Positions 50,943-61,447 of a stretch of 64,000 nucleotides of DNA are shown here, piece after piece. Location of the stretch: positions 884 to 64,883 of the forward strand of contig JBBKWI010000139.1 in the NCBI GenBank assembly GCA_037968875.1, in the 5' to 3' direction. Source of the stretch: Candidatus Sericytochromatia bacterium (GTDB taxonomy: Bacteria; Cyanobacteriota; Sericytochromatia; UBA7694). Positions within the stretch are counted from its first letter, which is position 1; each line of letters opens with the position of its first letter. Below the pieces are notes generated by a model that had not been told where the DNA came from, did no database searches, and saw only the letters and a program-made list of their open reading frames with translations. The position numbers and the translations under genes are program-made.

Positions 50943-51275
50943 ATGCCCTTGATCGTTATATTAATTGTCGCTATTGTGGGCCTGATGGTTAGTTTTTGGC
51001 TTGTGGGTGCTGTCTTTAGCTTGCTCTGGTCCTTATTGATTGGTTTTATTGCGGGTGCGATCGCCAAGTTTGTCATGCCGGGCCATGATGGCGGCGGCTT
51101 CTTAACCACTGCTCTGCTGGGTATTGCCGGTTCTCTGGTTGCCAGTTTATTAGGCCGGATCAGCGGTTGGTATCAACCGGGTGAAGCTGCTGGTTTCATT
51201 GCCGCGATTGTCGGTGCGATTATTATTCTGGCCGTTTACCGGGTCTTCAAGTCCAGCAAAGCCTCCGTCGCTTAA
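50943..51275 (+). CDS. GlsB/YeaQ/YmgE family stress-response membrane protein
   Basis: Three TM helices with GxxxG-rich segments (IGFIAGAIAKFVMPG, LLGIAGSLVASLLG). Confidence 0.8.
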   Translation: MPLIVILIVAIVGLMVSFWLVGAVFSLLWSLLIGFIAGAIAKFVMPGHDGGGFLTTALLGIAGSLVASLLGRISGWYQPGEAAGFIAAIVGAIIILAVYRVFKSSKASVA

Positions 51276-51372
51276 AGCATCGAAAATGATCGGGCGACAA
51301 ACGTCAAAAAGACTGGCGTTTTGTCGCCCAAATCACCTATACTCATAACAAAGACAATCAAAGGGGAACCCT

Positions 51373-51552
51373 ATGAATATTTCAACTAACTCTTCCGCAT
51401 CATTATTGGACGCGGTGATTGCCAAACAAGACTTACAAAACCAAGTTCAAACCAAAGTCCTTAAAACGGTTCAGGACGTCGCCAAAGCCCAGGGCGAAGC
51501 TGCCGTAAGCCTGATTGAATCCGCAGCTTCTATCATCGACGTGCGGGCCTAG
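51373..51552 (+). CDS. YjfB-like small protein (putative motility protein family), 59 aa
   Basis: MNISTNSSASLLDAVIAKQDLQNQVQTKVLKTVQDVAKAQGEAAVSLIESAASIIDVRA; SD AAGGGG 6 nt upstream. Below the 60-aa cutoff of the ORF track. Confidence 0.5.
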   Translation: MNISTNSSASLLDAVIAKQDLQNQVQTKVLKTVQDVAKAQGEAAVSLIESAASIIDVRA

Positions 51553-51681
51553 AGCTTGAGGGTCTCCATTCTGCATTAATAACGCAGAGGAAGCAAATCT
51601 ATTCCAAATAATCGCCTGCCTTTGCCTATCCCTGGCTTTCGAATGGAGCAAAAGCACAATCATTTTGACTCCAAAAGCTAT

Positions 51682-52488
51682 TTAGTGACGCAAACCCGCT
51701 GGCAATTGAGACACCAGTCGGCAGGGCTCACAGCAAAAATCATAGCGTTCTAGCAAGGGGACTTCGAGCCACCAGCGCGAGCCACACTCAGGGCAAGATC
51801 GGCTGCGGGCCTGGGTCAGGCTAAATTCAACTTCCGTTAAATCAGCCAAAAAATAATAGATTGGAGAACCCGTCAAAAACTCCAGACGCCGGGTCAGATC
51901 CATGCCCTGCTCAGTCAGTTCGCTATCGACCTCACTTAATTCTTCGCACATTTGATCTTCACAGAGCCCCTGAAACCACAGACCCATGACCGACTCATAA
52001 GCCTGACGCCAGAGAAAAACATCATCATAGCCATCCCCTGAAAAACTGGTTTCGTTCTGGGGATTATAGGTCTCAGGTAAGGTGTAGAGCGGTACAAATT
52101 TGCCACAGTCGAGACAGCGCACCGGCGAATAGACATCGTATTCGCCATCCAAGACATAAGAAGGGGCCTCACAGCCACAGGCAGTGTCCATATTGACCCG
52201 TTCCTGGCCCAGAGACTTGAGTACCGGCTCCTGCTTGTCAATGACCAGTAATTCTTGCCAGGTTTTGCTTAAGCTCGATTTATAATGCTTCGGATCCAGG
52301 GCATCGGCTGTGACCGCATTCAAAAACATGCGTATGCTACCGGCCCGTTCAGGGATCGGCACATGACGCGACAGAGTATGCCCCTGGCGATAGAGACTAT
52401 CAGCCAGATTAACAAAGAGGCGATAGGCTTTATCGATCTGTGGGGCGTCTGCAGCAATCAGCGTGAGCTTGAGTTCAAAGATATGCAC
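51682..52488 (-). CDS. Zn-ribbon-containing protein (DUF2310-like)
   Basis: Cys clusters CGCE...CLDCGKF and CPECG...CCEPC. Confidence 0.55.
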   Translation of the reverse strand: MHIFELKLTLIAADAPQIDKAYRLFVNLADSLYRQGHTLSRHVPIPERAGSIRMFLNAVTADALDPKHYKSSLSKTWQELLVIDKQEPVLKSLGQERVNMDTACGCEAPSYVLDGEYDVYSPVRCLDCGKFVPLYTLPETYNPQNETSFSGDGYDDVFLWRQAYESVMGLWFQGLCEDQMCEELSEVDSELTEQGMDLTRRLEFLTGSPIYYFLADLTEVEFSLTQARSRSCPECGSRWWLEVPLLERYDFCCEPCRLVSQLPAGLRH

Positions 52489-52506
52489 AAGTATTAGCTC
52501 AGAGAG

Positions 52507-53349
52507 CTAAGAAGCCACTTGAGCCTGCTTGGCCCGCTCTTGCTGCTCGGCATGCTCCTGTCGAATCGCTTTGAGTTGGTCGTGCAAACTATTAAAATCT
52601 TTCAGCAGTTTTTGATACTCTCGGTTGAGAATCTCGAAGTCTTCCAGATTTTTGTAACGCTGGACAATCATGCTGTCCATAACTTCAAATTGATCGTCGG
52701 AATTGATTGTACCTGCTGCTGTGAAGCACTGCATGCACTCATTGGCCTTTTGATTCAGCACATGGCGATCTTTGATGATTTGATCCCAGGTGTCTTGCAC
52801 TTTTTCGGCCAGATGCTGGGATTTTTCTAGCTCATCCATCTGATCGAAGCTTTTTTTGGACTGCTTCATCTTTTCGATTTCAGCCCGCTGGACTTCCCGC
52901 TCAGCTGCCAATAATTGTGGCGTCACGTATTGATGCGGATCGACATAAAAAGCACCACAATTCGGGCAATAACCGTCGTGGTCATCGACCATGGTCAGCT
53001 CTTCACACTCGCGACAACGGATCTTGACCTGCTCGCGAGGCGTACCCTCAGGGAACTCTGATTTGGCTTCGCTTGCACTGGCTGTCTCATGAGGCCCTGG
53101 CGGACCACTGACGACAGGAGTAGATGCTGAAGCCGAATAGGTCGACTCAGGCGCTTCATTTTTGCTGCCAAAGAGTGAGGAAAAGAGGCCGCCGCTTTTT
53201 TTCTTTTCAGGCTTAGGCCGGGCAGTCGCTTGTCCCACCAGGGCGTCATCCACAATGTCCAAAGGCTCAACATACATGGCGCCACAATCGGAACAAAAGC
53301 CTTCATTTTTTTTCGAAACAAAGGCGCATTCTTTACAACGTACTGCCAC
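52507..53349 (-). CDS. Double zinc-ribbon plus coiled-coil protein, translationally coupled to ftsH
   Basis: CKEC...CSDCG and CREC...CPNCG ribbons, C-terminal heptad region; start overlaps the ftsH stop. Confidence 0.55.
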   Translation of the reverse strand: MAVRCKECAFVSKKNEGFCSDCGAMYVEPLDIVDDALVGQATARPKPEKKKSGGLFSSLFGSKNEAPESTYSASASTPVVSGPPGPHETASASEAKSEFPEGTPREQVKIRCRECEELTMVDDHDGYCPNCGAFYVDPHQYVTPQLLAAEREVQRAEIEKMKQSKKSFDQMDELEKSQHLAEKVQDTWDQIIKDRHVLNQKANECMQCFTAAGTINSDDQFEVMDSMIVQRYKNLEDFEILNREYQKLLKDFNSLHDQLKAIRQEHAEQQERAKQAQVAS

Positions 53350-55334
53350 TAGACTTTTTCCTCTTTTTCTTCAGTTTCTACTTTTTTATTACTGTCACCG
53401 GCCTGGGTGTCTGCTTTCTTGGCTTCTGCGTCGTCAGCAGAGGTAGCAACAGTTTCCACGATCACATTATCAGGTGTCACGATCAGCTTGGCCTGCCATT
53501 TGGCATAGACGCGCTCTGGCTTGGGAGGTGGAGCTTTCCCTTCCAATTGAGTCAAGAGCTCATTCAATTGCTCCGTATCGAGGGTTTCTTTTTCAATCAA
53601 AACCGCCGAAATCTCATGCAAGGAATTTTTATGTGCTTCCAATAAATTTTTAGCGCGAGTGTAATTATCGTCCAGAATCCGGCGAATTTCCGTGTCAATT
53701 TCAGCGGCTATTTCTTCGCTATAATTGCGCACTTCGCCAAAGTCACGGCCCATAAAGACCTGTTCGTTTTTCTTGCCCACCGTACGGGGACCAATTTTGT
53801 CGCTCATGCCATACTGGGTAACCATTTTGCGAGCCAGGTCGGTGGCGCGTTCAATATCGTTAGAGGCACCCGTCGTCATTTCGCCAAAGATCAGCTCTTC
53901 AGCAATCCGACCGCCGAGTAGCATGGCGATTTGGTCATTCAGGTAAGCCCGTGAGGCTGAGACCCGGTTTTCAGGCAGAGACATGGTCAAGCCCAGCGCC
54001 ATCCCGCGCGGAATGATCGTGACTTTATGAATCGGATCACAGTTTTCCATAAAGATTCCGACCAGAGTATGGCCCATTTCGTGGTAAGCCGTGATCGTTT
54101 TTTCGTTTTCAGTGATCAGCTTGCTCTTTTTCTCAGGGCCAGCGATCACACGATCGAGGGCTTCATCGAGATGCCGCATGCCAATTTCAGTCTGATTTTC
54201 GCGGGCTGCTAAGAGCGCCGCCTCATTGGTCAAATTGGCCAGATCCGCTCCTGTAAAACCAGGGGTCCGTTTGGCCAGAGTTTCCATCTTAATATCTTTG
54301 GCGAGCGGCTTGTTTTTGATATGCACTTGCAAGATCTGCTCACGGCCTTCGACATCCGGGCGATCAACAATCACCTGGCGGTCAAAACGACCGGGACGCA
54401 AAAGAGCTGCATCCAAAATATCTGGACGGTTGGTTGCTGCAATGACGATCGTGCTGTGATTTTCCTCAAAGCCATCCATCTCAATTAATAATTGATTCAG
54501 GGTTTGCTCACGCTCATCGTGACCGCCGCCCATTCCCGCGCCACGTTGGCGACCGACAGCATCAATTTCATCAATAAAGATCAGACAAGGGGCATGCTTT
54601 TTGGCTTGTTCAAACAAATCGCGCACCCGAGAAGCACCGACACCGACAAACATCTCTACAAACTCAGAACCGGAGATGCTAAAGAAAGGTACCGAGGCCT
54701 CACCAGCAACAGCTTTGGCCAGCAAAGTTTTACCGGTACCCGGTGGGCCAACCAATAGGACCCCTTTGGGAATCTTCGCACCCAGAGCCTGATATTTATC
54801 TGGAGATTTTAAGAAATCAACAATTTCTTCGAGCTCTTCTTTGGCCTCATCAGCACCGGCCACATCATCAAAAGACATTTTGGGCTTGTTTTCAACCAAC
54901 ATTTTGGCTTTACTTTTGCCAAAGGCCATGGCCTGGCTGCCGCCGCTCTGGGCTTGCCGTATGACAAAAACCCAAAGAATAATAACAATCAATAAGGGGA
55001 GTAGAATCGGCGAAAGAAGTGAAAACCACCAACTTGATTCCTGAGGCTTCTCCACTTCAATATTGACATTGCGTTTTTTTAGTGTTGGGATCAGTTCCGG
55101 ATCATTGTCGGGAATGCTGACTTTGATACGCTCATTTGATTGAGAAGAGCGCGCCAGCAATGAGCCTTCTTTGAGCTCAACATCGGTGATTTGACCCGCT
55201 TCTACTTGCTGTAGAAATTCGGTATATGTCGGGGTCTTTTCAGTGTTGTTTTGCCGATACAGAGAAGATATGAAAATAATCCCGGTTAAAATCAGCAAAA
55301 TATAGATGCCGACAGTTCTTGTATTCTTGTTCAA
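53349..55334 (-). CDS. ftsH: ATP-dependent zinc metalloprotease FtsH
   Basis: Two TM helices, AAA module ([36 protein letters not shown]), HEMGH zinc site. Confidence 0.95.
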   Translation of the reverse strand: MNKNTRTVGIYILLILTGIIFISSLYRQNNTEKTPTYTEFLQQVEAGQITDVELKEGSLLARSSQSNERIKVSIPDNDPELIPTLKKRNVNIEVEKPQESSWWFSLLSPILLPLLIVIILWVFVIRQAQSGGSQAMAFGKSKAKMLVENKPKMSFDDVAGADEAKEELEEIVDFLKSPDKYQALGAKIPKGVLLVGPPGTGKTLLAKAVAGEASVPFFSISGSEFVEMFVGVGASRVRDLFEQAKKHAPCLIFIDEIDAVGRQRGAGMGGGHDEREQTLNQLLIEMDGFEENHSTIVIAATNRPDILDAALLRPGRFDRQVIVDRPDVEGREQILQVHIKNKPLAKDIKMETLAKRTPGFTGADLANLTNEAALLAARENQTEIGMRHLDEALDRVIAGPEKKSKLITENEKTITAYHEMGHTLVGIFMENCDPIHKVTIIPRGMALGLTMSLPENRVSASRAYLNDQIAMLLGGRIAEELIFGEMTTGASNDIERATDLARKMVTQYGMSDKIGPRTVGKKNEQVFMGRDFGEVRNYSEEIAAEIDTEIRRILDDNYTRAKNLLEAHKNSLHEISAVLIEKETLDTEQLNELLTQLEGKAPPPKPERVYAKWQAKLIVTPDNVIVETVATSADDAEAKKADTQAGDSNKKVETEEKEEKV

Positions 55335-55501
55335 AACGCCCTACCTTGTAATGCTGACTAATGTGAATGAATACTCAGGGCCTGCTGGTTTGTAAGCTCA
55401 TAAATGTTTTCATTAAGCTACAATATAACAACACCCAAAGGTTTCACAAAAGTAGTTCTTTTTATCTATGATACAGGAGAACAAAGGACAGATCGAGTAG
55501 A

Positions 55502-56437
55502 ATGATGCCCAAGCAAACCCCAATCCCAGAAGTACTCCCATTAACAGAGCAACAAAACCCGGCCAGTCTGAGCCTGGATCAATTGGATCTAGCCCAGGCT
55601 GTCGAGCTCATGCACCAGCAAGATTATCAGGTGCTCGAAGCCATCAAGCAGGCCCAACCAGCGATTACAGCCACAATCAAACGCCTGATTAATTGTCTGC
55701 AACAAGGCGGGCGTTTATTTTATACCGGTGCTGGCACCAGTGGCCGCCTGGGCGTACTGGACGCCAGTGAATGCCCCCCCACTTTTGGAACACCTCCGGA
55801 GCTGATCCAGGGAATTATCGCCGGGGGTACCCGCGCCCTTTATCAGGCCGTGGAAGGTGCTGAAGATCATCCTGAAGCTGCTATCACAGATCTACAAGCC
55901 CGTGAACTCACAACCGCAGATATGGTGATCGGAATTGCTGCCAGCGGAAGCACACCTTACGTTCGCTCTTCCTTGCGTTACGCCCATTCATTAGGTTGCC
56001 AAACCGCCCTCTTGGCCTGTACACCGGTGCCTCAAGATGACTCGGCGATTGATGAATATATTATTTTGCCTGTAGGCCCGGAAATCGTGACCGGCTCGAC
56101 TCGTCTCAAAGCCGGAACGGCTACCAAAATGGTCTTAAATATGATCACAACCCTGGCAATGGTGCAAATGGGGAAAGTCTATGGCAATTTAATGGTTGAT
56201 CTCAATATTAGCAACGCCAAATTGGTCAAGCGCGCCCAGCGCATGCTGCAACAATTGACAGGCCTATCTGACCCTGAAGCCACCGACCAACTGCTGGCTG
56301 CTGCCCAGGGCGAAGTCAAAACAGCCGTCTTAATGCACCAGGCCCAGCTGACGTATGAACAAGCCCAGGCCGTCTTGCAGGCCAACGGCGGACAATTGCG
56401 TCAAGCTCTCACAGCCAGTGGGGTATCAGCAATATGA
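55502..56437 (+). CDS. murQ: N-acetylmuramic acid 6-phosphate etherase
   Basis: SIS-domain protein with MurQ signature (RLFYTGAGTSGRLGVLDASECPPTFG, GSTRLKAGTATKMVLN). Confidence 0.85.
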   Translation: MMPKQTPIPEVLPLTEQQNPASLSLDQLDLAQAVELMHQQDYQVLEAIKQAQPAITATIKRLINCLQQGGRLFYTGAGTSGRLGVLDASECPPTFGTPPELIQGIIAGGTRALYQAVEGAEDHPEAAITDLQARELTTADMVIGIAASGSTPYVRSSLRYAHSLGCQTALLACTPVPQDDSAIDEYIILPVGPEIVTGSTRLKAGTATKMVLNMITTLAMVQMGKVYGNLMVDLNISNAKLVKRAQRMLQQLTGLSDPEATDQLLAAAQGEVKTAVLMHQAQLTYEQAQAVLQANGGQLRQALTASGVSAI

Positions 56438-57108
56438 CGACTCCTGGATTAAGTTCTTCCTGGGGATTGATTCTGGACCTGGGCGACGATATTAATGACG
56501 AAACAGTGCAAGCAATCAATCAGCGGATCTGGTCACTACCTGAGTTTGAAGGCCCTGACCAAAAAATGGGTCAGTTTCAAACTAGCTTTCGAGCGGCTGA
56601 AGGCAGCCTATCTCTGGCTAATCAAAGTGCCAAAACCTATACCAAGTTTGAACAAGACAGTCTGGGCTACCCGCCAGGCTGGCAGGTCCCGCTATCGCTA
56701 CATATTAGCATCTATCAATTGACCCCGGCCCTGCCAGAGAATGCTGAAGCCCAGGCCTTTTTATTGCAGTTGGCCCGTGACTTACTCACAATTGTCGATT
56801 ACCGCCTGGCGATTATCGGGGATCTGGGCATGTATTATTGTAATGCGGACATGGTGACGCCTGACTGGCTCAATCTACATCAAGCAGGCCTATTGCAGCT
56901 AATCATGAGTCTGAAGCACCCCCTGACCCGCCAACTCTCCGGCCAACCCTTTGGAGACAAACATACTCAGTTTGCACAAGCCCAATTCATTCCTTTCTGG
57001 ACAAACGAAGATAATCAAACCCGTTATCTGCGCTATAAGCAAACAATTTCGAAGGCTTTGCACAGCGAGACCCTCAGTCTGGAATGGGAACAAAGCAACG
57101 AAAATTAA
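56434..57108 (+). CDS. Hypothetical protein, translationally coupled to murQ
   Basis: 224-aa ORF with ATGA start/stop overlap; no motifs. Confidence 0.45.
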   Translation: MTTPGLSSSWGLILDLGDDINDETVQAINQRIWSLPEFEGPDQKMGQFQTSFRAAEGSLSLANQSAKTYTKFEQDSLGYPPGWQVPLSLHISIYQLTPALPENAEAQAFLLQLARDLLTIVDYRLAIIGDLGMYYCNADMVTPDWLNLHQAGLLQLIMSLKHPLTRQLSGQPFGDKHTQFAQAQFIPFWTNEDNQTRYLRYKQTISKALHSETLSLEWEQSNEN

Positions 57109-57176
57109 GCTGAGTTAAATATTCGCTTTTATGCTACTATAATTGGAAAAAACAAACCTGGACACAGATAATCACT

Positions 57177-58295
57177 ATGCAAGAAATGATGAATTCCCTC
57201 CAACCGATCTCCAGCTGGCTTCCGGATCTCAATGGCCCATTAGTGATCGCTGGCCCCTGCAGTGCTGAAAGTGAAAGCCAGGTCTTAAAAACGGCACAGG
57301 CTTTGAAGCAAATCCCCCAGGTTCGTTTGTTGCGGGCTGGTATCTGGAAGCCGCGCACCCGACCCAATACCTTTGAAGGTGTCGGCGAAGCCGGCTTACC
57401 CTGGCTCAAATTGGCCCGCCAGGAAACAGGTTTACCTGTCAGTACCGAAGTTGCCAATGGACGCCATGTGGAATTGGCTCTCAAATATGAAGTCGATGTC
57501 TTGTGGATCGGCGCTCGCACCACAGCCAGTCCTTTTGCCGTACAAGAAATTGCCGATGCCTTAAAAGGCGTCGATATCCCGGTACTGGTCAAAAATCCGA
57601 TCAATGCCGATTTGGCTTTATGGCTGGGTGCACTAGAGCGATTAGCCACCGTGGGCCTCACCAAACTGGGCGCCATTCACCGAGGCTTCTCGTCATATCA
57701 AACCAGCAAATATCGCAATTTACCCCTCTGGAAGATCCCAATGGAATTAGAGCGCCGCTTCCCGAACTTGCCCTTGATTTGCGATCCCAGCCATATAGCA
57801 GGAGCTCGAAGTATGATTTACGAGGTTTCACAAAAAGCACTTGATCTGGGCATGCAGGGTATTATGATTGAAACCCACCCGGATCCAGATAACGCTCTCA
57901 GCGATGCTCAGCAACAGGTCACCCCGGCTCGCTTGCAGGAGATTATCAAGGCTCTGGCTGTGCGCACCCCTTCTGTCGACAGCCCCGGTTTTCAGCAAGA
58001 ACTTGACGAATTGCGGGGCCAAATTGACCGCATCGACCATGAAATCATGGAAGCCCTCTCTCATCGCATGCAAGTCGTCCATAAAATTGGCGACGCCAAA
58101 GTTCGCCATGGGGTAACAGCTTTACAAGTCAAACGAATGGATCAGATTATTCAAAAGCAAATGAAACTGGCTGAAGATTTGGACTTACGTCCAGACTATG
58201 TGCAAGACATTTATCGCACCGTGCATGAAGAATCTGTTCGCACCCAGACCGAAATGATGCACCAGGCAGGCCATGATGTGGGCAACAAAGCATGA
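57177..58295 (+). CDS. Bifunctional DAHP synthase (type I-beta, KDO8PS-like) / chorismate mutase (AroQ) fusion
   Basis: N-terminal LVIAGPCSAESESQ...CDPSHIAG TIM-barrel DAHPS core; C-terminal LDELRGQIDRIDHEIMEALSHRMQVVHKIGDAK chorismate mutase helix. Confidence 0.85.
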   Translation: MQEMMNSLQPISSWLPDLNGPLVIAGPCSAESESQVLKTAQALKQIPQVRLLRAGIWKPRTRPNTFEGVGEAGLPWLKLARQETGLPVSTEVANGRHVELALKYEVDVLWIGARTTASPFAVQEIADALKGVDIPVLVKNPINADLALWLGALERLATVGLTKLGAIHRGFSSYQTSKYRNLPLWKIPMELERRFPNLPLICDPSHIAGARSMIYEVSQKALDLGMQGIMIETHPDPDNALSDAQQQVTPARLQEIIKALAVRTPSVDSPGFQQELDELRGQIDRIDHEIMEALSHRMQVVHKIGDAKVRHGVTALQVKRMDQIIQKQMKLAEDLDLRPDYVQDIYRTVHEESVRTQTEMMHQAGHDVGNKA

Positions 58296-58325
58296 TCAGG
58301 GTGACTGAAGAATGATCGACTTGCA

Positions 58326-59051
58326 ATGAAAATTGGCATCATTGGCTTTGGACGTCTGGGGCAATTGCTGACTCGTTATTTGGCCCAGGATTTCCATGTT
58401 CTAGTCTATGAACCGTTAGACAAACGGTCCGAGATTGAAGCCTTGGGTGCTGAGGTTGCCAGCCTGGAAACCTGTTGTCAGCAAAGTGTGGTGATCCCGA
58501 TGGTGCCTATTTCGGCCTTTGATGCAGTGATCGCTCAGATTGCACCCCTGTTGCTCCCAGAGGCTCTCGTGATTGACTGCTGCTCTGTCAAAATCAAGCC
58601 TGTGGAAAGCATGTTGAAACATCTTCCCCAGAGTGTCTCTATTCTGGCAACTCACCCCATGTTTGGCCCGGACTCTGCGCGTGAGACCTTGTTTGGCTCT
58701 AAATTAGTACTCTGCCCGGTGCGTATTTCAGAGAGTCGTTATCGTGACCTCTATTTATATCTCGAAAAACATGGAATCAAGTTAATTGAGTCCACCCCCG
58801 AAGCACACGATCGTCAAATTTCACGCTCGCTGTTTCTGGCTCATTTTTTAGGCCGCACCCTGATTGAATTAGAAGCTCAGCCTCTAGAAATTGATACCAA
58901 AGGCTATCGCCGACTCATGAAAATCTTATTAACTGTTGAAAACGATAGCCTGCAATTATTTGAAGATATGTATCATTACAACCCTTATTCGAAAGACGTC
59001 AAGGATCAGTTTTTAGCAGCAGTACAAGCCGTTGAGCAGCGTCTATTATGA
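58326..59051 (+). CDS. tyrA: Prephenate/arogenate dehydrogenase
   Basis: N-terminal Rossmann IGIIGFGRLG, TyrA core (ATHPMFGP). Confidence 0.8.
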   Translation: MKIGIIGFGRLGQLLTRYLAQDFHVLVYEPLDKRSEIEALGAEVASLETCCQQSVVIPMVPISAFDAVIAQIAPLLLPEALVIDCCSVKIKPVESMLKHLPQSVSILATHPMFGPDSARETLFGSKLVLCPVRISESRYRDLYLYLEKHGIKLIESTPEAHDRQISRSLFLAHFLGRTLIELEAQPLEIDTKGYRRLMKILLTVENDSLQLFEDMYHYNPYSKDVKDQFLAAVQAVEQRLL

Positions 59052-59890
59052 AAATTGCCTTTCAAGGAGTCCGCGGGGCCAATAGTGAAGTCGGCATCCG
59101 TCAGCATTATGGCCCCGATGTCGATGCTATGGGCTTCCCTTTCTCTGAGCAGGTCTTTGAAGCCGTGCTCACAGGCACCGCCAATTTAGGTTTTATTCCT
59201 GTCGAAAACACGATTGCAGGTAATGTCGCTATCAATATGGATTTGCTTTTGCGTCATCCGGTGGCCATTATTGCTGAGGACTATGTCTTTATCCACCACC
59301 ATCTGCTGGCCCATCCGGATGCCAATTTACAAGATATTCAGCGGGTCTATTCCCACCCGGTCGCTCTAGAACAATGCCGTCCTTTTTTAAATCAACTCAA
59401 TTTGATCCCTGTACCTGATTTTGATACGGCCGGTGCTGCCGCAGCCGTCAGTGAGCGCCAGAGTAAAACAGAGGCAGCGATAGCCCCTGTACTCTGTGCT
59501 GAGTATTATGATCTCAAAATTATTCACCACCGTATTCAGCAGATCAAGTGCAATATCACACGCTTTGTCAGCTTTGTACGGTCCGATCGCATTCCTGAGG
59601 CCATAGCCCGTCAAAAAACCAGCCTGGCTTTTAATACCCGCCATGAGCCCGGTGCCCTGGTGCGTTGCCTGGAGCAATTTGCACGGCATGGCATCAATCT
59701 CACGCGCTTAGAATCGCGTCCTGTGCCTGAAAACCCCTTTGCGTATACCTTCTTTGCTGATTTTAGCGGCGCACCTTCTCAGCAACACGTGCAACAATGC
59801 CTGACAGCCATGAGTCGCGATACCTTACGCATTAAAATTTTAGGATCTTACCCGCAGGACGATCAAGCGGCCTTTCGCGAAGAAAATTAA
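59048..59890 (+). CDS. pheA: Prephenate dehydratase with ACT domain
   Basis: PDT domain (IAFQGVRGANSE, TRF) and ACT regulatory domain (TSLAFNTRHEPGALVRCLEQFARHGINLTRLESRP); 4-bp overlap with tyrA. Confidence 0.85.
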   Translation: MKIAFQGVRGANSEVGIRQHYGPDVDAMGFPFSEQVFEAVLTGTANLGFIPVENTIAGNVAINMDLLLRHPVAIIAEDYVFIHHHLLAHPDANLQDIQRVYSHPVALEQCRPFLNQLNLIPVPDFDTAGAAAAVSERQSKTEAAIAPVLCAEYYDLKIIHHRIQQIKCNITRFVSFVRSDRIPEAIARQKTSLAFNTRHEPGALVRCLEQFARHGINLTRLESRPVPENPFAYTFFADFSGAPSQQHVQQCLTAMSRDTLRIKILGSYPQDDQAAFREEN

Positions 59891-60016
59891 ACTAAGTTAT
59901 TATTCAGGTTAACTTTAATTTAATTCGACCTAAAAACCCACAAGATCCTCTTTTTACCCCTCTAAACAATAGATATGAGTATCGTAGAGAACAGTTTTCG
60001 TAGGGAGAGAAGTCTA

Positions 60017-61060
60017 ATGAGTCAATTCAATCGTGTGGTTCTCGGCACCATCTGTGCCGTAAGTTTAATTTCTACTGTCGGTTGCGGCCGTCGCGTCCCC
60101 CAAGCAGATCCTTGTGCTCCAGCTGAAGTGGCTGCTGAGCGCTATCGTAGAATGGCTGCCGCTCCTGGTCTGACTCGTTTTGCCGCTGATGCCCCTGCCG
60201 ATTGTCCAGGCACTCCTGCCGATCCAGGTGCTCCGGCTAATCCAGGCGCTCCTGCACCAGGACCAGCTCCGATTGCTCCAGCTCCAATTGATCCAGGTCC
60301 GGCTCCGATTTATCCTCCTGGACCAGGTCCTGACCCCATCATTCCTAACCCTATTAATAACCCACCTGCTCCGGGTCCTGATCAGCCAGCGCCCCCTGCC
60401 CCTCCTGCTCCAGGCCCTGATCAGCCTGTCAAACCTGAGCCCGTTAAACCTGAGCCTGAGCCGCCAAAGCCCAGCCCTGAAGATCTCTTCTTGCAAAAAA
60501 TGTCTAAAATTGGTTTCTTGAGCCCCAAAAGCGTTGTCGATGCGATTCAGAAAAATGTACGTCTGCGTCCTGTCGGTTGGACCAAGGGTAAATACGAAAC
60601 CCCTGAGAAAAATATCGAAGCGATGTGGGATGCAACCAAGATCTTGTTTCAAAAGATTCCTGAAACCCCACAAGAGTATCAGGCACGCAGCATGGGCTTT
60701 GTCGAAAGCGTCTACCCAGCAGATCTGATGTACTATGTCGACCTCAAAACCTCTGAGGAGCGTCAAGACTTGTATGTGATGCGCTTCCACCCTGCCAGTA
60801 CCCAAATCGTTGGTGTCAAAGTGGGCGATACAGCCTACGCTCCGATTGGTGCTCAGTCAGCTTATCGCAGCGCTTCTTCAGGTGAAGCCCAGATTTTCTT
60901 TTACGGTGAAGAGCGTGGCCGCTATATCACCTCTGACCGCTTCATTGCAGTGCCTCCCAAGCTGCTTTACCCCGACTGGGAAAAGCGCATGGAAGCACAA
61001 CGCGTTCAAAGCCAGGCTTTCAGCTATAACGCCTACCAGGCACCTGTCTACAGACGCTAA
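60017..61060 (+). CDS. Proline-rich lipoprotein, hypothetical
   Basis: Start MSQFNRVV with SD GGGAGAG; lipobox STVGC; about 110-aa P/A/G-rich linker (PAPGPAPIAP...KPEPVKPEPEPPKP) then globular C-terminal domain. Confidence 0.6.
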   Translation: MSQFNRVVLGTICAVSLISTVGCGRRVPQADPCAPAEVAAERYRRMAAAPGLTRFAADAPADCPGTPADPGAPANPGAPAPGPAPIAPAPIDPGPAPIYPPGPGPDPIIPNPINNPPAPGPDQPAPPAPPAPGPDQPVKPEPVKPEPEPPKPSPEDLFLQKMSKIGFLSPKSVVDAIQKNVRLRPVGWTKGKYETPEKNIEAMWDATKILFQKIPETPQEYQARSMGFVESVYPADLMYYVDLKTSEERQDLYVMRFHPASTQIVGVKVGDTAYAPIGAQSAYRSASSGEAQIFFYGEERGRYITSDRFIAVPPKLLYPDWEKRMEAQRVQSQAFSYNAYQAPVYRR

Positions 61061-61116
61061 AGCTAAATAGCTATTGATTAGCTAGCTAATTTTTAATTCT
61101 CTCTACTCTCTACGCG

Positions 61117-61150
61117 CCGGGCATTCATTGCCCGGTTTTATTTTTTTTGT
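61117..61150 (+). terminator. Rho-independent terminator
   Basis: CCGGGCA-ttcat-TGCCCGG followed by TTTTATTTTTTTT. Confidence 0.8.
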
Positions 61151-61420
61151 CTAACGTCATAAACTTCGCCATCTGATTTAGGCCTTAAGTATTGATCCAA
61201 GTCACTCAGCCTTTTATAACAGTTTATTATTGGATTAACTGGGCGAGAGTGAATAGCAACAAGAGGGCATCATCGCTCTGAGACACAACAACTTCCCTTG
61301 GAACAAACTCGCAAACACGACTTTAAAAGGCAAGCCTCCAAAGCTCTATTTCCTGGTCCTTCCTCTACAGATGCTCCTGGCATCTCTCAGCTTACAATAC
61401 CTGGCACTAAATTCAGCCAA

Positions 61421-61447
61421 TAAAAAAGACCGGCGCTATGCCGGTCT
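61421..61447 (-). terminator. Rho-independent terminator of the Kelch/Ig-like surface protein gene
   Basis: AGACCGGC-gctat-GCCGGTCT with T-run on the minus strand (TTTTTA). Confidence 0.75.

Noticed and set aside
60065-60805. 246-aa minus-strand ORF (Trp/Arg/Ser-rich)
   Set aside because: Antisense of the proline-rich lipoprotein gene. CCN codons read as GGN or NGG give a spurious open frame.
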